Under the pieces are notes generated by a model that saw only the letters and a list, made by a program, of their open reading frames with translations, was not told where the DNA came from and made no database searches. A program made the position numbers and the translations under genes. DNA of 63,768 bases, filler included, from an uncultured Methanosarcinales archaeon (GTDB lineage: Archaea > Nanobdellota > Nanobdellia > Woesearchaeales > CAYMBN01), in assembly GCA_964388715.1 (NCBI GenBank). It is 4 parts of 3 records of this genome, joined end to end, with 100 filler letters (N's around TTAATTAATTAA, not from the genome) between each part and the next. Parts side by side here need not be neighbours in the genome. Positions count along the whole stretch, not along the records: positions 44,602 to 61,864 come from CAYMBN010000002.1; 3 more parts are not named here. One strand, 5' to 3'. Below, piece after piece: positions 47,739-57,399 of the stretch (the stretch's first letter is position 1; each line of letters starts with the position of its first letter).

Positions 47739-48893
47739 ATGAATTCAAATAATCAAAAAATAAACATTTGGGATTTAGGTGATAAAATAAATATTAAGGT
47801 TAAACCCAATTTTATTGATCTAATTAACAATAAAATAAAATTTCAATTTAAAACAAAGAGAAATGTTCATAAAATCCTAATTAAATATTATAAAATCCCT
47901 TTTTCTACTTTTAAAGATAAAATAAAAAGAGGATATAATCACTTCATAGATTTAGAAGTTTTATTAAATCTTTGTAAAATATTAAAAATTCCCCTTGTTG
48001 AATTACAAAATAATATCATAGCTTATAAAACAAGGAGAGGGTGTAATTTTATTTCTAATCCAAAGCTACCTATTAAAATAACTCCTATTTTTGATATGCT
48101 AATTGCCCATCATATGGCTGATGGGAATGTTGTTGATCCAAAAAATGGGAGGAAACCTTATTTTTCATATAGGCAATATAATAAAAGATACAGAAATTTA
48201 TACATTCAAAAAATTGAATCCGTTTTTGGAAAACTTAACTACAAAAAGGATTATTTTAATAATGAAAAAACCACACAAATATTTTTTCCAGTTGTAGCCT
48301 CTAATTTACTTTTTAAACATTATAACCTTAATTTAAACAGTTTTAAAGGAGAAATTAGTAGAATTCCAAAAGAAATTTTTTCAAAAAATAATAAATATAA
48401 ACTAACATTTATCATAGCATTTATTATTGATGAAGGAAACATAGACTCAAACTTAATATTGATTAGAATAAAAAACAAAGGTTTGATTCAAGACATTCAA
48501 ACATTATGTGATGATTTGAATTATAAAACCACTTTAAGCAAAACTAAGGATAATATGTTCAATTTATATATCCTTTCAACAAGCACCAATAAATTTTATA
48601 AAGATTATTGTGATTTATTAAAAATTCATCCAGAAGTTAATCTTGGTTATAAAGGTCAAAAAATAGAAGAATTTATTAATAGGCTTGACAAATCAAAAAG
48701 ATATATAAAAGGAAATAAGGATAAAATACTTAAATTACTTTTAAATAAGAAATTAACAATCAATGAATTAGCTCAAGAATTAAATATGACTAGACAAGGA
48801 GCAAGATATTTAGTAAAAAAGCTAATTAAAGAGAATAAAATTCAAGTTAAATCAAAAATTAAGTATGGTAACTACCTATATGGTTTAAGGTGA
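47739..48893 (+). CDS. Free-standing LAGLIDADG-like protein with N- and C-terminal HTH domains
   Basis: LIAHHMADGNV and FIIAFIIDEGNI about 100 aa apart; C-terminal wHTH LTINELAQELNMTRQGARYLVKKL. Confidence 0.72.
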   Translation: MNSNNQKINIWDLGDKINIKVKPNFIDLINNKIKFQFKTKRNVHKILIKYYKIPFSTFKDKIKRGYNHFIDLEVLLNLCKILKIPLVELQNNIIAYKTRRGCNFISNPKLPIKITPIFDMLIAHHMADGNVVDPKNGRKPYFSYRQYNKRYRNLYIQKIESVFGKLNYKKDYFNNEKTTQIFFPVVASNLLFKHYNLNLNSFKGEISRIPKEIFSKNNKYKLTFIIAFIIDEGNIDSNLILIRIKNKGLIQDIQTLCDDLNYKTTLSKTKDNMFNLYILSTSTNKFYKDYCDLLKIHPEVNLGYKGQKIEEFINRLDKSKRYIKGNKDKILKLLLNKKLTINELAQELNMTRQGARYLVKKLIKENKIQVKSKIKYGNYLYGLR

Positions 48894-50098
48894 AAAATAT
48901 GTTAATTGGGGTCGTTGGTAAAAGTAACGTAGGAAAATCAACCTTTTTCAAAGCAGCTACTTTAGCAGAAGTTGAGATAGCTAATTATCCATTCGTAACA
49001 ATCAAAGCAAACGAAGGCATTGGTTTTGTCAAAGTAGAATGTGTTGGGAGTGTATTTAATGTAAAGTGTCAACCAAAGCATGGTTATTGTTTAGGTGATA
49101 AACGTTTTGTACCTGTTCAATTGTTAGATGTTGCTGGTCTTGTGCCTGGTGCGCATGAAGGAAAAGGTATGGGTAACCAGTTTTTGGATGATTTGCGTCA
49201 GGCAGATGTTTTAATACATGTTGTGGATGTTTCTGGTTCTACAAATGAAAAAGGTGAACCTGTTAAACCTGGTAATTATGATCCTGCAGAAGATATTAGA
49301 TTTCTTGAAGTTGAGATTGATATGTGGTATTTTGGAATAATTAAAAAAGGTTGGGAAAAGTTTGCGCGTATGATAATGCAAGAAAAAAAACAGATTTACA
49401 AGGAACTTGCTAAACAACTTAGTGGATTAAAAGTGACAGAAGAAATGGTAAAGAATGCTATTGCAAAATTAAGTTTGAATAAAGAGAAACCTAGTGAGTG
49501 GAGTGATGAAGATTTGAAAAGTATTGCTAAGCAACTTAGAAAAATTACTAAACCAATGATTATTGCATGTAATAAGATAGATGTGCCTGGGGCTGTTGAT
49601 AATTTTGATCGACTTAAGAATGAATTTCCTGATCATATGTTAATTCCTTGTTCTGCTGAAAGTGAACTTGGTTTAAGAGAAGCTGCAAAACATAACTTAA
49701 TTGAATATATTCCTGGAGAAAGTGATTTTAAGATTGTTAATGAGAATAAATTAAGTGAAAAACAGAAAAAAGGTCTTGAATTTGTTAAAGAAAATGTTTT
49801 GAAGAACTTTGAAAGTACTGGTGTACAACAAGTATTGGATGATGCTGTATTTAAGTTACTCAATAATATTCATGTTTACCCTGTTGCAAATTCTCATTTG
49901 CAAGATAAGGATGGAAATACCTTGCCTGATTGTTTTTTAGTTCTCAACGGAACAACTGCATTAGAGTTTGCGTTTAGAGTACATTCTGATATTGGTGAAA
50001 ACTTTATAAGAGCAATTGACCTTAAAACAAAACAAACAATAGGAAAGGATCATGTTCTTAAAGATGGAGATGTTGTTGAGATTGTGAGTGGAAAATAA
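48890..50098 (+). CDS. ychF: Translation-associated ATPase/GTPase YchF (archaeal type, TGS domain)
   Basis: VVGKSNVGKSTFF, IANYPFVT, DVAGLVPGAHEGKGMGNQFLDDLRQAD, CNKID, VHSDIG..LKDGDVVEI. Confidence 0.95.
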   Translation: MKNMLIGVVGKSNVGKSTFFKAATLAEVEIANYPFVTIKANEGIGFVKVECVGSVFNVKCQPKHGYCLGDKRFVPVQLLDVAGLVPGAHEGKGMGNQFLDDLRQADVLIHVVDVSGSTNEKGEPVKPGNYDPAEDIRFLEVEIDMWYFGIIKKGWEKFARMIMQEKKQIYKELAKQLSGLKVTEEMVKNAIAKLSLNKEKPSEWSDEDLKSIAKQLRKITKPMIIACNKIDVPGAVDNFDRLKNEFPDHMLIPCSAESELGLREAAKHNLIEYIPGESDFKIVNENKLSEKQKKGLEFVKENVLKNFESTGVQQVLDDAVFKLLNNIHVYPVANSHLQDKDGNTLPDCFLVLNGTTALEFAFRVHSDIGENFIRAIDLKTKQTIGKDHVLKDGDVVEIVSGK

Positions 50099-50099
50099 T

Positions 50100-50723
50100 T
50101 TAGACTTCTCGACTTTTTATAATGCAGAAATATCCTATAGGTGTTTCAATAATTCTTGCATTCCACTTATTTACTTCTTCTCTTGTATATCTTTTAACAT
50201 CGACAAACTCTTTTGTGTGAAATATGTTATTTTCTATTCCTGTTAATTCTAAGTTGATTGACTTAAAATATTCTTTAGCTAATTCATTTGTGAATTTTTC
50301 ACCATAAACAGAAAAAATAATTGTTTTTCCTAGACTTTTCATATTATTAATTGCTTTTTCTTGTTCAGGAATGTAACCAAGAGTATTATTTAAACAAATG
50401 ACATAATCAAATCCTGAAGCTGGGACTGGTTTTGTAATATCATTATGAATGAATTCAGCTTTGAAACCAAACTTTTCTAAATTTTCCTTACTTTTTTTAA
50501 TCATATCTTCTTCAAGGTCTAGTCCTGTAATCTTTAAATCAGGTCTACCTTTTAAGATGGATATTATTCTTGTTCCATCCATACATCCAACTTGTAAGAC
50601 TTTGGCGTTTTGAGAAAGTTCTTTTTTTATTAATTTTATTTCATAGAGCCAGTTATTTTTATTAGGTTTAGGAATATTATCTAATTCATCACATTTAATA
50701 TAAACTTCTTTTGGAGTTGGCAT
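50100..50723 (-). CDS. Class I SAM-dependent methyltransferase
   Basis: VLQVGCMDG, ITGLDL, FDYVICLNNTLG. Confidence 0.82.
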   Translation of the reverse strand: MPTPKEVYIKCDELDNIPKPNKNNWLYEIKLIKKELSQNAKVLQVGCMDGTRIISILKGRPDLKITGLDLEEDMIKKSKENLEKFGFKAEFIHNDITKPVPASGFDYVICLNNTLGYIPEQEKAINNMKSLGKTIIFSVYGEKFTNELAKEYFKSINLELTGIENNIFHTKEFVDVKRYTREEVNKWNARIIETPIGYFCIIKSREV

Positions 50724-50826
50724 ATTGAGAGAAAAACTAATCTAATTTAAATAATTTACCTCCTACATCATATAAAAATTTATAAATTAAACACTTTTTT
50801 TAAACATTATTTAGGAGGTAATTAAA

Positions 50827-51219
50827 ATGCCAGAATATGATGGGAATTTAGAGGCAGAGGTTGTATCAATGCAGCCTTTTATAGACAATTTAAAAAAACT
50901 TAAAAAACTTATTCCTGGAAGGGATAATATTTTCTATGAATTTGGTCAGTTTTTAGCTTCTCTTTTCAAACCAGAGGAATCTTTTACAAATGGTACATAT
51001 GTTGGTGGCAGAGTAGTTCATGCACTAAAAATAGTAAGAGGATATCAACCACATATGAAAAATCCTTTAAGAGAAAAGTTATCACGTTATTCTAAAGAGC
51101 AACATCAAGGATTAATACCTCAAATTATAACTATTTTAGACACTTGCCTAGATTATTCACCATTTGAATTTCAAAAAGAAGCAGCTGAAACTGTGTATCC
51201 ACACATGGATCCTTATTAA
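50827..51219 (+). CDS. Hypothetical protein
   Basis: 130-aa ORF with AGGAGGT RBS and TATA. Confidence 0.65.
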   Translation: MPEYDGNLEAEVVSMQPFIDNLKKLKKLIPGRDNIFYEFGQFLASLFKPEESFTNGTYVGGRVVHALKIVRGYQPHMKNPLREKLSRYSKEQHQGLIPQIITILDTCLDYSPFEFQKEAAETVYPHMDPY

Positions 51220-51224
51220 TTTTT

Positions 51225-51602
51225 TTACTTCTTTTTTCTGGCTTTTAAGAAAGTGTTTGGAAGATCAATTACATACTTACCATCTTCTAGTTTGTAGACT
51301 AATGGTTGTTTTTTGTTGAAAAGGTTAACTAGATCAAGTTCAAATTTACCTGGTTTAACAATATGAATAGATTCTATGTCAAGGATAACAGGAGCATTCT
51401 TATCTGCTTCTGCTCCAATAAGATCATAGACATCTTTTTCAATTTGGTTTTTTTCTTGATCTGATAATTCAATGATTTGTTCAACTTTTTTATTTGATTT
51501 TTTAAAGTAAAGAAATAGTTTGGCACCACATTTACAACCCTTTAAGATTTCACTAGCACCATCATCATATACTTCTCCGCATCTAACACATTTATGTGGC
51601 AT
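51225..51602 (-). CDS. oapC: OapC-like Zn-ribbon protein (DUF2072)
   Basis: MPHKCVRCGEVYDDG..ILKGCKCG, ESIHIVKPGKFELDL, GKYVIDL. Confidence 0.88.
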   Translation of the reverse strand: MPHKCVRCGEVYDDGASEILKGCKCGAKLFLYFKKSNKKVEQIIELSDQEKNQIEKDVYDLIGAEADKNAPVILDIESIHIVKPGKFELDLVNLFNKKQPLVYKLEDGKYVIDLPNTFLKARKKK

Positions 51603-51998
51603 TTATTTTTTACCTTTCTTTCTGGTTTTCCCATTTTTTGTGTATAACATAATGTTCTTAGGATCTTTTTTAATTTCCTTAACAACAGATGCTGGACCAA
51701 TTATTGTGAAACCTTGTCTATCACCTAACACTATGCCCATAAATCCATGTTTCATCTTGTTGAGGAAACTGTCTTCCTTTTTTTGTTCAGGGTAGATTAC
51801 ACTTAGTTCAATTCCTTTGAATTTGTCGCTGATTTCTTCCATTGTTATTTCTATAAGATCTTTTTCCTCTTCTTTTTTTAATCTTCCTTGTAACAATACA
51901 ATTTTGTCCTGTTTAACAATGTTAAGAATTCTCTGTATACGTTTTGCAGATGATAAATTTTCAATCTGTTCGTATGGTATAAATTGTAATGTTAACAT
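51603..51998 (-). CDS. oapB: OapB-like protein (DUF2073)
   Basis: KRIQRILNIVK..IVLLQGRL..EEE..LIEITM..I..F.GIE, TIIGPA. Confidence 0.88.
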   Translation of the reverse strand: MLTLQFIPYEQIENLSSAKRIQRILNIVKQDKIVLLQGRLKKEEEKDLIEITMEEISDKFKGIELSVIYPEQKKEDSFLNKMKHGFMGIVLGDRQGFTIIGPASVVKEIKKDPKNIMLYTKNGKTRKKGKK

Positions 51999-52039
51999 GT
52001 TAGCACCTCTTCTTTTTTTCTAAATTTTTATTAAATAAT

Positions 52040-52672
52040 TTATCCAGCTAATACAAACAATGCTTCATAAAATGCATCTATATTATTTCCATATTTTGAG
52101 CTAATACCAACAACATCATATTGTGGAAATGCTGCTTGTACTCGTTTTAAATCTGATTTTTTAAGATCTATTTTATTTCCTACAATTAGTACAGGGATAT
52201 TTCTTGCTTGTAGATTGCCAATAATTGTAATATTTACTTGGTTATATGGATCTTTTGTTGAATCTAAAACAACGATAACACAATCCATATCATCTAACCA
52301 TTTGATAGCATCAATAACACCTTTTGTTGCTTGTTTTGCTCTTTTTTTTGCTTCTTTTTCTTTCATTCCTACTTTAATGAATTCTTCATAATCAATTTTT
52401 GTTGCAATTCCAGGTGTGTCAACAAGGTTAAAACTAAGTTCTTTACCTTTTGACTTGATATTAATTTGTTCTTTGATCTGAATTTCTCTTGTTTCATGTG
52501 CAATAGGAGAAGCAGAACCCATTGATTCACCAAGCCAATCTTCACAGACTCTATTAGCGAGTGTGGTTTTTCCACCGTTAGGTGGACCATATAGGCCTAA
52601 TCTAACATGTTTCTTTTTTTTGAAGATATTATTCATAACTTTTGTGATAAATTTTTGGATTGTTTTTAACAT
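52040..52672 (-). CDS. oapA: OapA-like Era-family GTP-binding protein
   Basis: GLYGPPNGGKTTLAN, PIAHETR, VDTPGI, DP.NQVN, NKIDL; ATG at 52672 preferred. Confidence 0.88.
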   Translation of the reverse strand: MLKTIQKFITKVMNNIFKKKKHVRLGLYGPPNGGKTTLANRVCEDWLGESMGSASPIAHETREIQIKEQINIKSKGKELSFNLVDTPGIATKIDYEEFIKVGMKEKEAKKRAKQATKGVIDAIKWLDDMDCVIVVLDSTKDPYNQVNITIIGNLQARNIPVLIVGNKIDLKKSDLKRVQAAFPQYDVVGISSKYGNNIDAFYEALFVLAG

Positions 52673-52736
52673 ATGTGCACCAATTTTACGTTTTATTAAT
52701 AATTGACTGTTTAAATAGTTTTCTATTCTAAAGTGA

Positions 52737-53999
52737 TTACGTTCCCTCTTGCCAGCTTGCAAGATACTTTTTTTGTTCTTCTGTTAGTTTGTCAATGTCA
52801 ATGTTCATTGCTTCTAACTGTAGTTTGGCTATGTTATCATCAATTTCTTCTGGTAATAGGATTACATCTACTGCGAGTTTACCTTGATTTTTTACAGCGT
52901 ATTCTACTGCCAATGCTTGACCTGCAAATGATGTTGCCATAACTTCACTTGGGTGGCCTTCTGCAGCTGCAAGATTAACTAATCTTCCTTCTCCACAAAG
53001 AAATATCTTTTTTCCATTTAAAATATATTCATCAAGGAAAGGTCTTACTCTTCTTTCACTTGAAGCTATTTGTTTTAAACCTTTAATATCAATTTCAATA
53101 TCAAAGTGACCTGAGTTTGCAAGGATTGCTCCATTTTTCATTTGTTTCATATGCTCTGTTCTTATAACATGTTTATTTCCTGTTAATGTACAAAAAATGT
53201 CACCTATTTTGCAAGCATCTTGCATTTTCATAACTCTAAATCCATCATAAGCTGCTTGTAATGCACAAAAATTATCAACTTCTGTTACAATTACATTTGC
53301 ACCTAATCCTTTACATCTCATTGCAAATCCTTTTCCGCAACTTCCATAACCTATTACAACAATATTTTTTCCTGCAAATAGCACGTTTGTTGCTCTTATT
53401 ATACCATCTACTGTTGATTGTCCTGTTCCATAATAATTATCAAGAAGATGTTTTGTTTTATTGTCATTAACACCAATTATAGGGTATTTTAATGCATTAT
53501 CTTTTTTCATTGCTTTTAATCTTATGATTCCTGTTGTTGTTTCTTCACAACCTGCAATGATTTCTGGAATAAGTTGAGTATGTTTATTATGTATTTCACT
53601 TACTAAATCACAACCATCATCAATTGTAATATGTGGTTTAAAATTGATTACACTTGTTAAATATCTGTAGTAATCTTTATTATTTTCCCCTTTATATCCC
53701 CATACTTTTACTCCCATTTTTGCAAGTGCAGCTGCAACATCATCTTGTGTAGATAATGGATTACAACCTGTTATAGCAACATCAGCACCTCCAGCTATAA
53801 GTGTTTTAACAAGAACAGCTGTTTCTTTTGTAATATGTAATGCAAGGCCAACTCTTATACCTTTCAATGGTTTTTCTTTTTCAAATCTTTGTTTTATTTT
53901 TAGTAGAGCAGCCATGTGAGATTCAGCAATCTCAATATTCATTTCACCTTGTTTTGCTAATTTGATGTCTTTGACCTCATAATTATTACCTTTATCCAT
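52737..53999 (-). CDS. ahcY: S-adenosylhomocysteine hydrolase
   Basis: LHITKETA, CNPLSTQDDVAAAL, DDGCD, EETTTG, KHLLDNYYGTGQS, GYGSCGKG, GRLVNLAAAEGHP; GGTGA RBS before ATG 53999. Confidence 0.97.
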   Translation of the reverse strand: MDKGNNYEVKDIKLAKQGEMNIEIAESHMAALLKIKQRFEKEKPLKGIRVGLALHITKETAVLVKTLIAGGADVAITGCNPLSTQDDVAAALAKMGVKVWGYKGENNKDYYRYLTSVINFKPHITIDDGCDLVSEIHNKHTQLIPEIIAGCEETTTGIIRLKAMKKDNALKYPIIGVNDNKTKHLLDNYYGTGQSTVDGIIRATNVLFAGKNIVVIGYGSCGKGFAMRCKGLGANVIVTEVDNFCALQAAYDGFRVMKMQDACKIGDIFCTLTGNKHVIRTEHMKQMKNGAILANSGHFDIEIDIKGLKQIASSERRVRPFLDEYILNGKKIFLCGEGRLVNLAAAEGHPSEVMATSFAGQALAVEYAVKNQGKLAVDVILLPEEIDDNIAKLQLEAMNIDIDKLTEEQKKYLASWQEGT

Positions 54000-54146
54000 T
54001 ATGATCACCTTAGAAAAAGAGATTTTATGCTATTTATATAGTTTTCTACAAAGTAGAAACCGTTTAGAAAAAGAAAAGCTTTTTCTAAAAGTTTTCGACT
54101 TAGTTAAGATTGTTTTTAGCTTAAATATAAGAGAAATAAAAAAGAA

Positions 54147-54464
54147 TTATACGCCTTTTAACTCATCTTTGATCTTTTCAACGTGTTTCATCTTGTCTTT
54201 TAATTTGGTAATCTTTTCATTAATACTAAGTCTCTTTTCATTAATTTTAGCTTCTTTTGCAACAAGTCTTGATATTTTATCTCTAAGTTTTTGTTCTTGT
54301 GATTGTGTTAGGCTTAAACCTACTTTTTCTTTTCTTAGTTCTGTTTCAAATGATGATTTCTGTTTTTTAAGTTCAGAGAGTTCTCTACTTAGGTCTTTTA
54401 ATGCTTCAGAAAGATATTGTTCATCACCCTTTTTAGACACTCTTTTTTTCTTCTTTTTAGGCAT
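54147..54464 (-). CDS. Coiled-coil hypothetical protein
   Basis: K/E/L heptad-like composition; AGGTGA RBS; TATA upstream. Confidence 0.7.
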   Translation of the reverse strand: MPKKKKKRVSKKGDEQYLSEALKDLSRELSELKKQKSSFETELRKEKVGLSLTQSQEQKLRDKISRLVAKEAKINEKRLSINEKITKLKDKMKHVEKIKDELKGV

Positions 54465-54539
54465 TTAATCACCTTATATAAAATAATTATAAATGTTATC
54501 CTTTATAAATCTTACGAAAATCATAGGGTATTTTAGGGC

Positions 54540-56942
54540 TTATTTGTGTAGTTTTTGTAGTTTGGCTTTAATTTTTCTTTTACCTTTTAAGTAAGATGAA
54601 TTACTAATATAACCTTTTTTGAAGCCTTCTTCAAGTGATTTGAGTTTTTTTGTTAGAATGGTTTTTTGTTCTTTTAATTTTTGTTTACTAGTGGCTTTTC
54701 TTTTGATGTTATGTCTTATTTTGGATAGTTTTTTTGCATGTAATTTTCTTAAACCATGGAATTTTCTATATTCATATAATACTAAACTTAGTATGATAAT
54801 GACTGATAATAAAATAATTGGTGTTAATGTTGTAGTTGTTGTTTTAATGGCTTGTTCAATTCTTTTACCTGGTGGTATTCCAAGTAGTGGTTCCTTAATA
54901 AGGAATAGTTCACTTGTAGTTCCAATTGAATCTGCATATTGAGTTTGAACAATAAATACATAATCTCCTGGTTTAGTGTTTTCTGGAATATTTATGAATT
55001 TACTAAATGATGCTTGTTCATTTACTTCAACTTCTTCTTTTTCGTGGAATATTATTTCTCCTGTTAAACTCTTTATAATGTAATTAATTGTTACATTACT
55101 TAGTCCTATTCTTTTCATGTTAAATAGGATCATATCTATCTTTATTGTTTTACCAGGGTCAATTTCTTTGTATTGTGCAGGGATATCTAAGCTAACATCA
55201 AACATAATGTTTAATGATTCTACTTCAATTACTATTGGAATTTCTTTAGAAGGTTTGTTTGTTTGGATTAAAAGTTTGTTAGGGTAGACTCCAAGAGGAT
55301 AATTAGTTGGGATTTTGAATTTTAATTTAACATCTTTACTTTCTCCAACACGTAATGCAAATGATGAAGGGTTAATGGTTAATAATTTAGTTGGTTTATT
55401 TGTGGTTAAAGCAAAGTCAAGTGATTTTTCACCATCATTTGTTATTTTTAATGTTCTTGTGAATGTTTCACCTTGTTGGATTTGAATTTTAATTAAATCA
55501 AGGTTTGTCTTGAATGAAGATTTTACTTCACTAACTATTCCTCCTCCGCCTCCACCACCTCCTGCTGTTGTAGTGGTAGTTTCTTCTTCAGTTGTAGGAG
55601 TTATAACCCATTCAACTCTTACATTGTGTACAGATCCAAAGCTTATATTAACATAAACTGTGTGTGATGATGAATCATAACTCCAGTTAGTGCTAGGTTG
55701 TAGAACATTATCAATATAAACATTACTTGGAATACTTTTATCATTAACCCAAATAGTAACTTCTTCTTGTGTTGTTCCATTTGCGCTTACATTTAATCTT
55801 TGTAAGGTTGATGTTGCACTGTAATTTGAATAATCAACGCATGCATCACCTGTTGTTACAACAAATTTGTCAAGAGGTAAAGCTACTAAATTGTTGCAGT
55901 CTGTGTATGTTTTATTTGAACCGTTTTTTACTGTTGCATTGAATCGCGCAGTGGTTGTGCTGTCCAAGTTTAAAACAATTTCTTGTCTTTGATCAGAAAG
56001 AAGTGTATCTGTTATTTCTGATTCAATTCTTGAAGAAGTGGTGTTATGAAGCATTTTTTCAATTATTGCTGTTTCAGGTGAAAAAACAAAAAGTGTGTCT
56101 TCGATTGAAGCTAGTTGTCTGTTATAACCTTGTTTAACAGCAATGTCTAATGAGAATGTTGATGTTGTATTGGTTGCAATAAATGTGTCTTGTGTATCAT
56201 TTACATAGGTTAAGTCTGTTTCTGATAATGTTGCTTTTAGTGTGTTGGTGACATTATTAAAAGTGACATTGTTAACTGTTGCTGTTTTTGGACTTATGAT
56301 CATATGATTTTCTAGTGAAACAATATCTCTTTTTTTGCTAGGTGCAACAGTTAGTGTTGTGGTTATGGTTTCATTTGTATTAGGGATTTCAATGTATATT
56401 GGTGTGCTGATGCTTGAATTTTGAGTGTTATTATATTCTACTTTTCTTGATTGATAGCTTGTGTTTGTGACAGTGAATGTTGTCTCGTTTACTGTAATGT
56501 TTTCATTGGTTACGTTTGTGTAAGAAACATTGAATGTTGTGTTATAAAGTGTACTATGTTTATTTTGTGTACTGTTACAAACTATGTAAAAAGTATAACG
56601 TTGATTACTTAATTGTTCTAAAGTATGGTTATGTACAGTACCACCTTGGCTTTGTGAGAAGTCTGTCATGTTTGTGTAATTGGTTGCGTTATTACTATAT
56701 CTACAATTTGAATTAATATCTGTAACACAGCTTATTGTTGGTGTTAAAGTATTGACGAATTCTTGGTTTGGTAAGATGCTTGATAAAACAGGATTACCTG
56801 CTGTAATTTCTAGAGTAATTTCAGCTGTACCTGAGGTTGCTCTGCCTGTTAAATCTTGGATTGTGAAGGATGTTTGTATTAAAAATATTATTAAAAATAG
56901 TATTAATAGGATCTCCACCGCTTTTTTTGAAATATCTTCCAT
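54540..56942 (-). CDS. Large membrane-anchored surface glycoprotein (Ig-like domains, Thr/Gly linker)
   Basis: N-terminal TM followed by LTGRAT, many N-x-S/T sequons, TTTTTAGGGGGGGG linker, two Ig-like domains, TM, basic coiled tail. Confidence 0.8.
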   Translation of the reverse strand: MEDISKKAVEILLILFLIIFLIQTSFTIQDLTGRATSGTAEITLEITAGNPVLSSILPNQEFVNTLTPTISCVTDINSNCRYSNNATNYTNMTDFSQSQGGTVHNHTLEQLSNQRYTFYIVCNSTQNKHSTLYNTTFNVSYTNVTNENITVNETTFTVTNTSYQSRKVEYNNTQNSSISTPIYIEIPNTNETITTTLTVAPSKKRDIVSLENHMIISPKTATVNNVTFNNVTNTLKATLSETDLTYVNDTQDTFIATNTTSTFSLDIAVKQGYNRQLASIEDTLFVFSPETAIIEKMLHNTTSSRIESEITDTLLSDQRQEIVLNLDSTTTARFNATVKNGSNKTYTDCNNLVALPLDKFVVTTGDACVDYSNYSATSTLQRLNVSANGTTQEEVTIWVNDKSIPSNVYIDNVLQPSTNWSYDSSSHTVYVNISFGSVHNVRVEWVITPTTEEETTTTTAGGGGGGGGIVSEVKSSFKTNLDLIKIQIQQGETFTRTLKITNDGEKSLDFALTTNKPTKLLTINPSSFALRVGESKDVKLKFKIPTNYPLGVYPNKLLIQTNKPSKEIPIVIEVESLNIMFDVSLDIPAQYKEIDPGKTIKIDMILFNMKRIGLSNVTINYIIKSLTGEIIFHEKEEVEVNEQASFSKFINIPENTKPGDYVFIVQTQYADSIGTTSELFLIKEPLLGIPPGKRIEQAIKTTTTTLTPIILLSVIIILSLVLYEYRKFHGLRKLHAKKLSKIRHNIKRKATSKQKLKEQKTILTKKLKSLEEGFKKGYISNSSYLKGKRKIKAKLQKLHK

Positions 56943-56976
56943 ATTATCATTAATTATGTTTTTTTGTATATATAAT

Positions 56977-57399
56977 TTACTGTTTAAATAGGTGTTTGAA
57001 CACGACTTTTAATGTGCCTGTGTAGTTTCCTTGTTTAGCATCTTGGCTTGGGGTTGCTGTTATTGGGATTTGTAGTGTTTTATTTGGTTGAATTATTACT
57101 GATTTTTGAATACTTACCCATTTTGCTATGTCTCCTTTTGCACAAAAACTAATTTTAAGTGGTTTTGTGTAGTCATTGTTTAAAACAATGTATCTTGTTG
57201 TTGTTGCTTTTCCAGGTGGTGTTTCACCAAAATATAATTTATCTGTTCCTGCATTAAAACCAACAGTATCTCCAACTGTAAGTTGCATTTCAAATTCTTG
57301 TATCTTATATGTTGTTAAATGGTTGTAAATCATTGTTGTTAATATTATTGAAATTAATACTGTAATGATAAGTAGAGTAATTGTTTTTGTTAGATTCAT
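56977..57399 (-). CDS. Small membrane-anchored Ig-like protein
   Basis: N-terminal TM, LYFGETPPG, C-terminal GNYTGTLKVVF strand. Confidence 0.7.
   Translation of the reverse strand: MNLTKTITLLIITVLISIILTTMIYNHLTTYKIQEFEMQLTVGDTVGFNAGTDKLYFGETPPGKATTTRYIVLNNDYTKPLKISFCAKGDIAKWVSIQKSVIIQPNKTLQIPITATPSQDAKQGNYTGTLKVVFKHLFKQ

Noticed and set aside
47739..48893. LAGLIDADG ORF as an intein or intron-encoded protein within ychF
   Set aside because: No N-terminal Cys/Ser block or C-terminal His-Asn; it ends in a stop, and ychF is intact from its own start
52673..52762. 30-aa N-terminal extension of OapA overlapping ahcY
   Set aside because: ATG at 52672 has an RBS-like GGTG and a TATA upstream; the extension is an ORF-caller artefact
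54001..54468. 155-aa hydrophobic ORF on the plus strand
   Set aside because: Antisense shadow of the Lys/Glu-rich gene 54147-54464, which has an RBS and TATA. The same applies to the other short antisense ORFs inside long genes, such as 36260-36811.
55539..55562. GC-rich (CCN)n tract as a slippage or phase-variation repeat
   Set aside because: Encodes a Gly8 linker with mixed synonymous codons, typical of archaeal surface proteins
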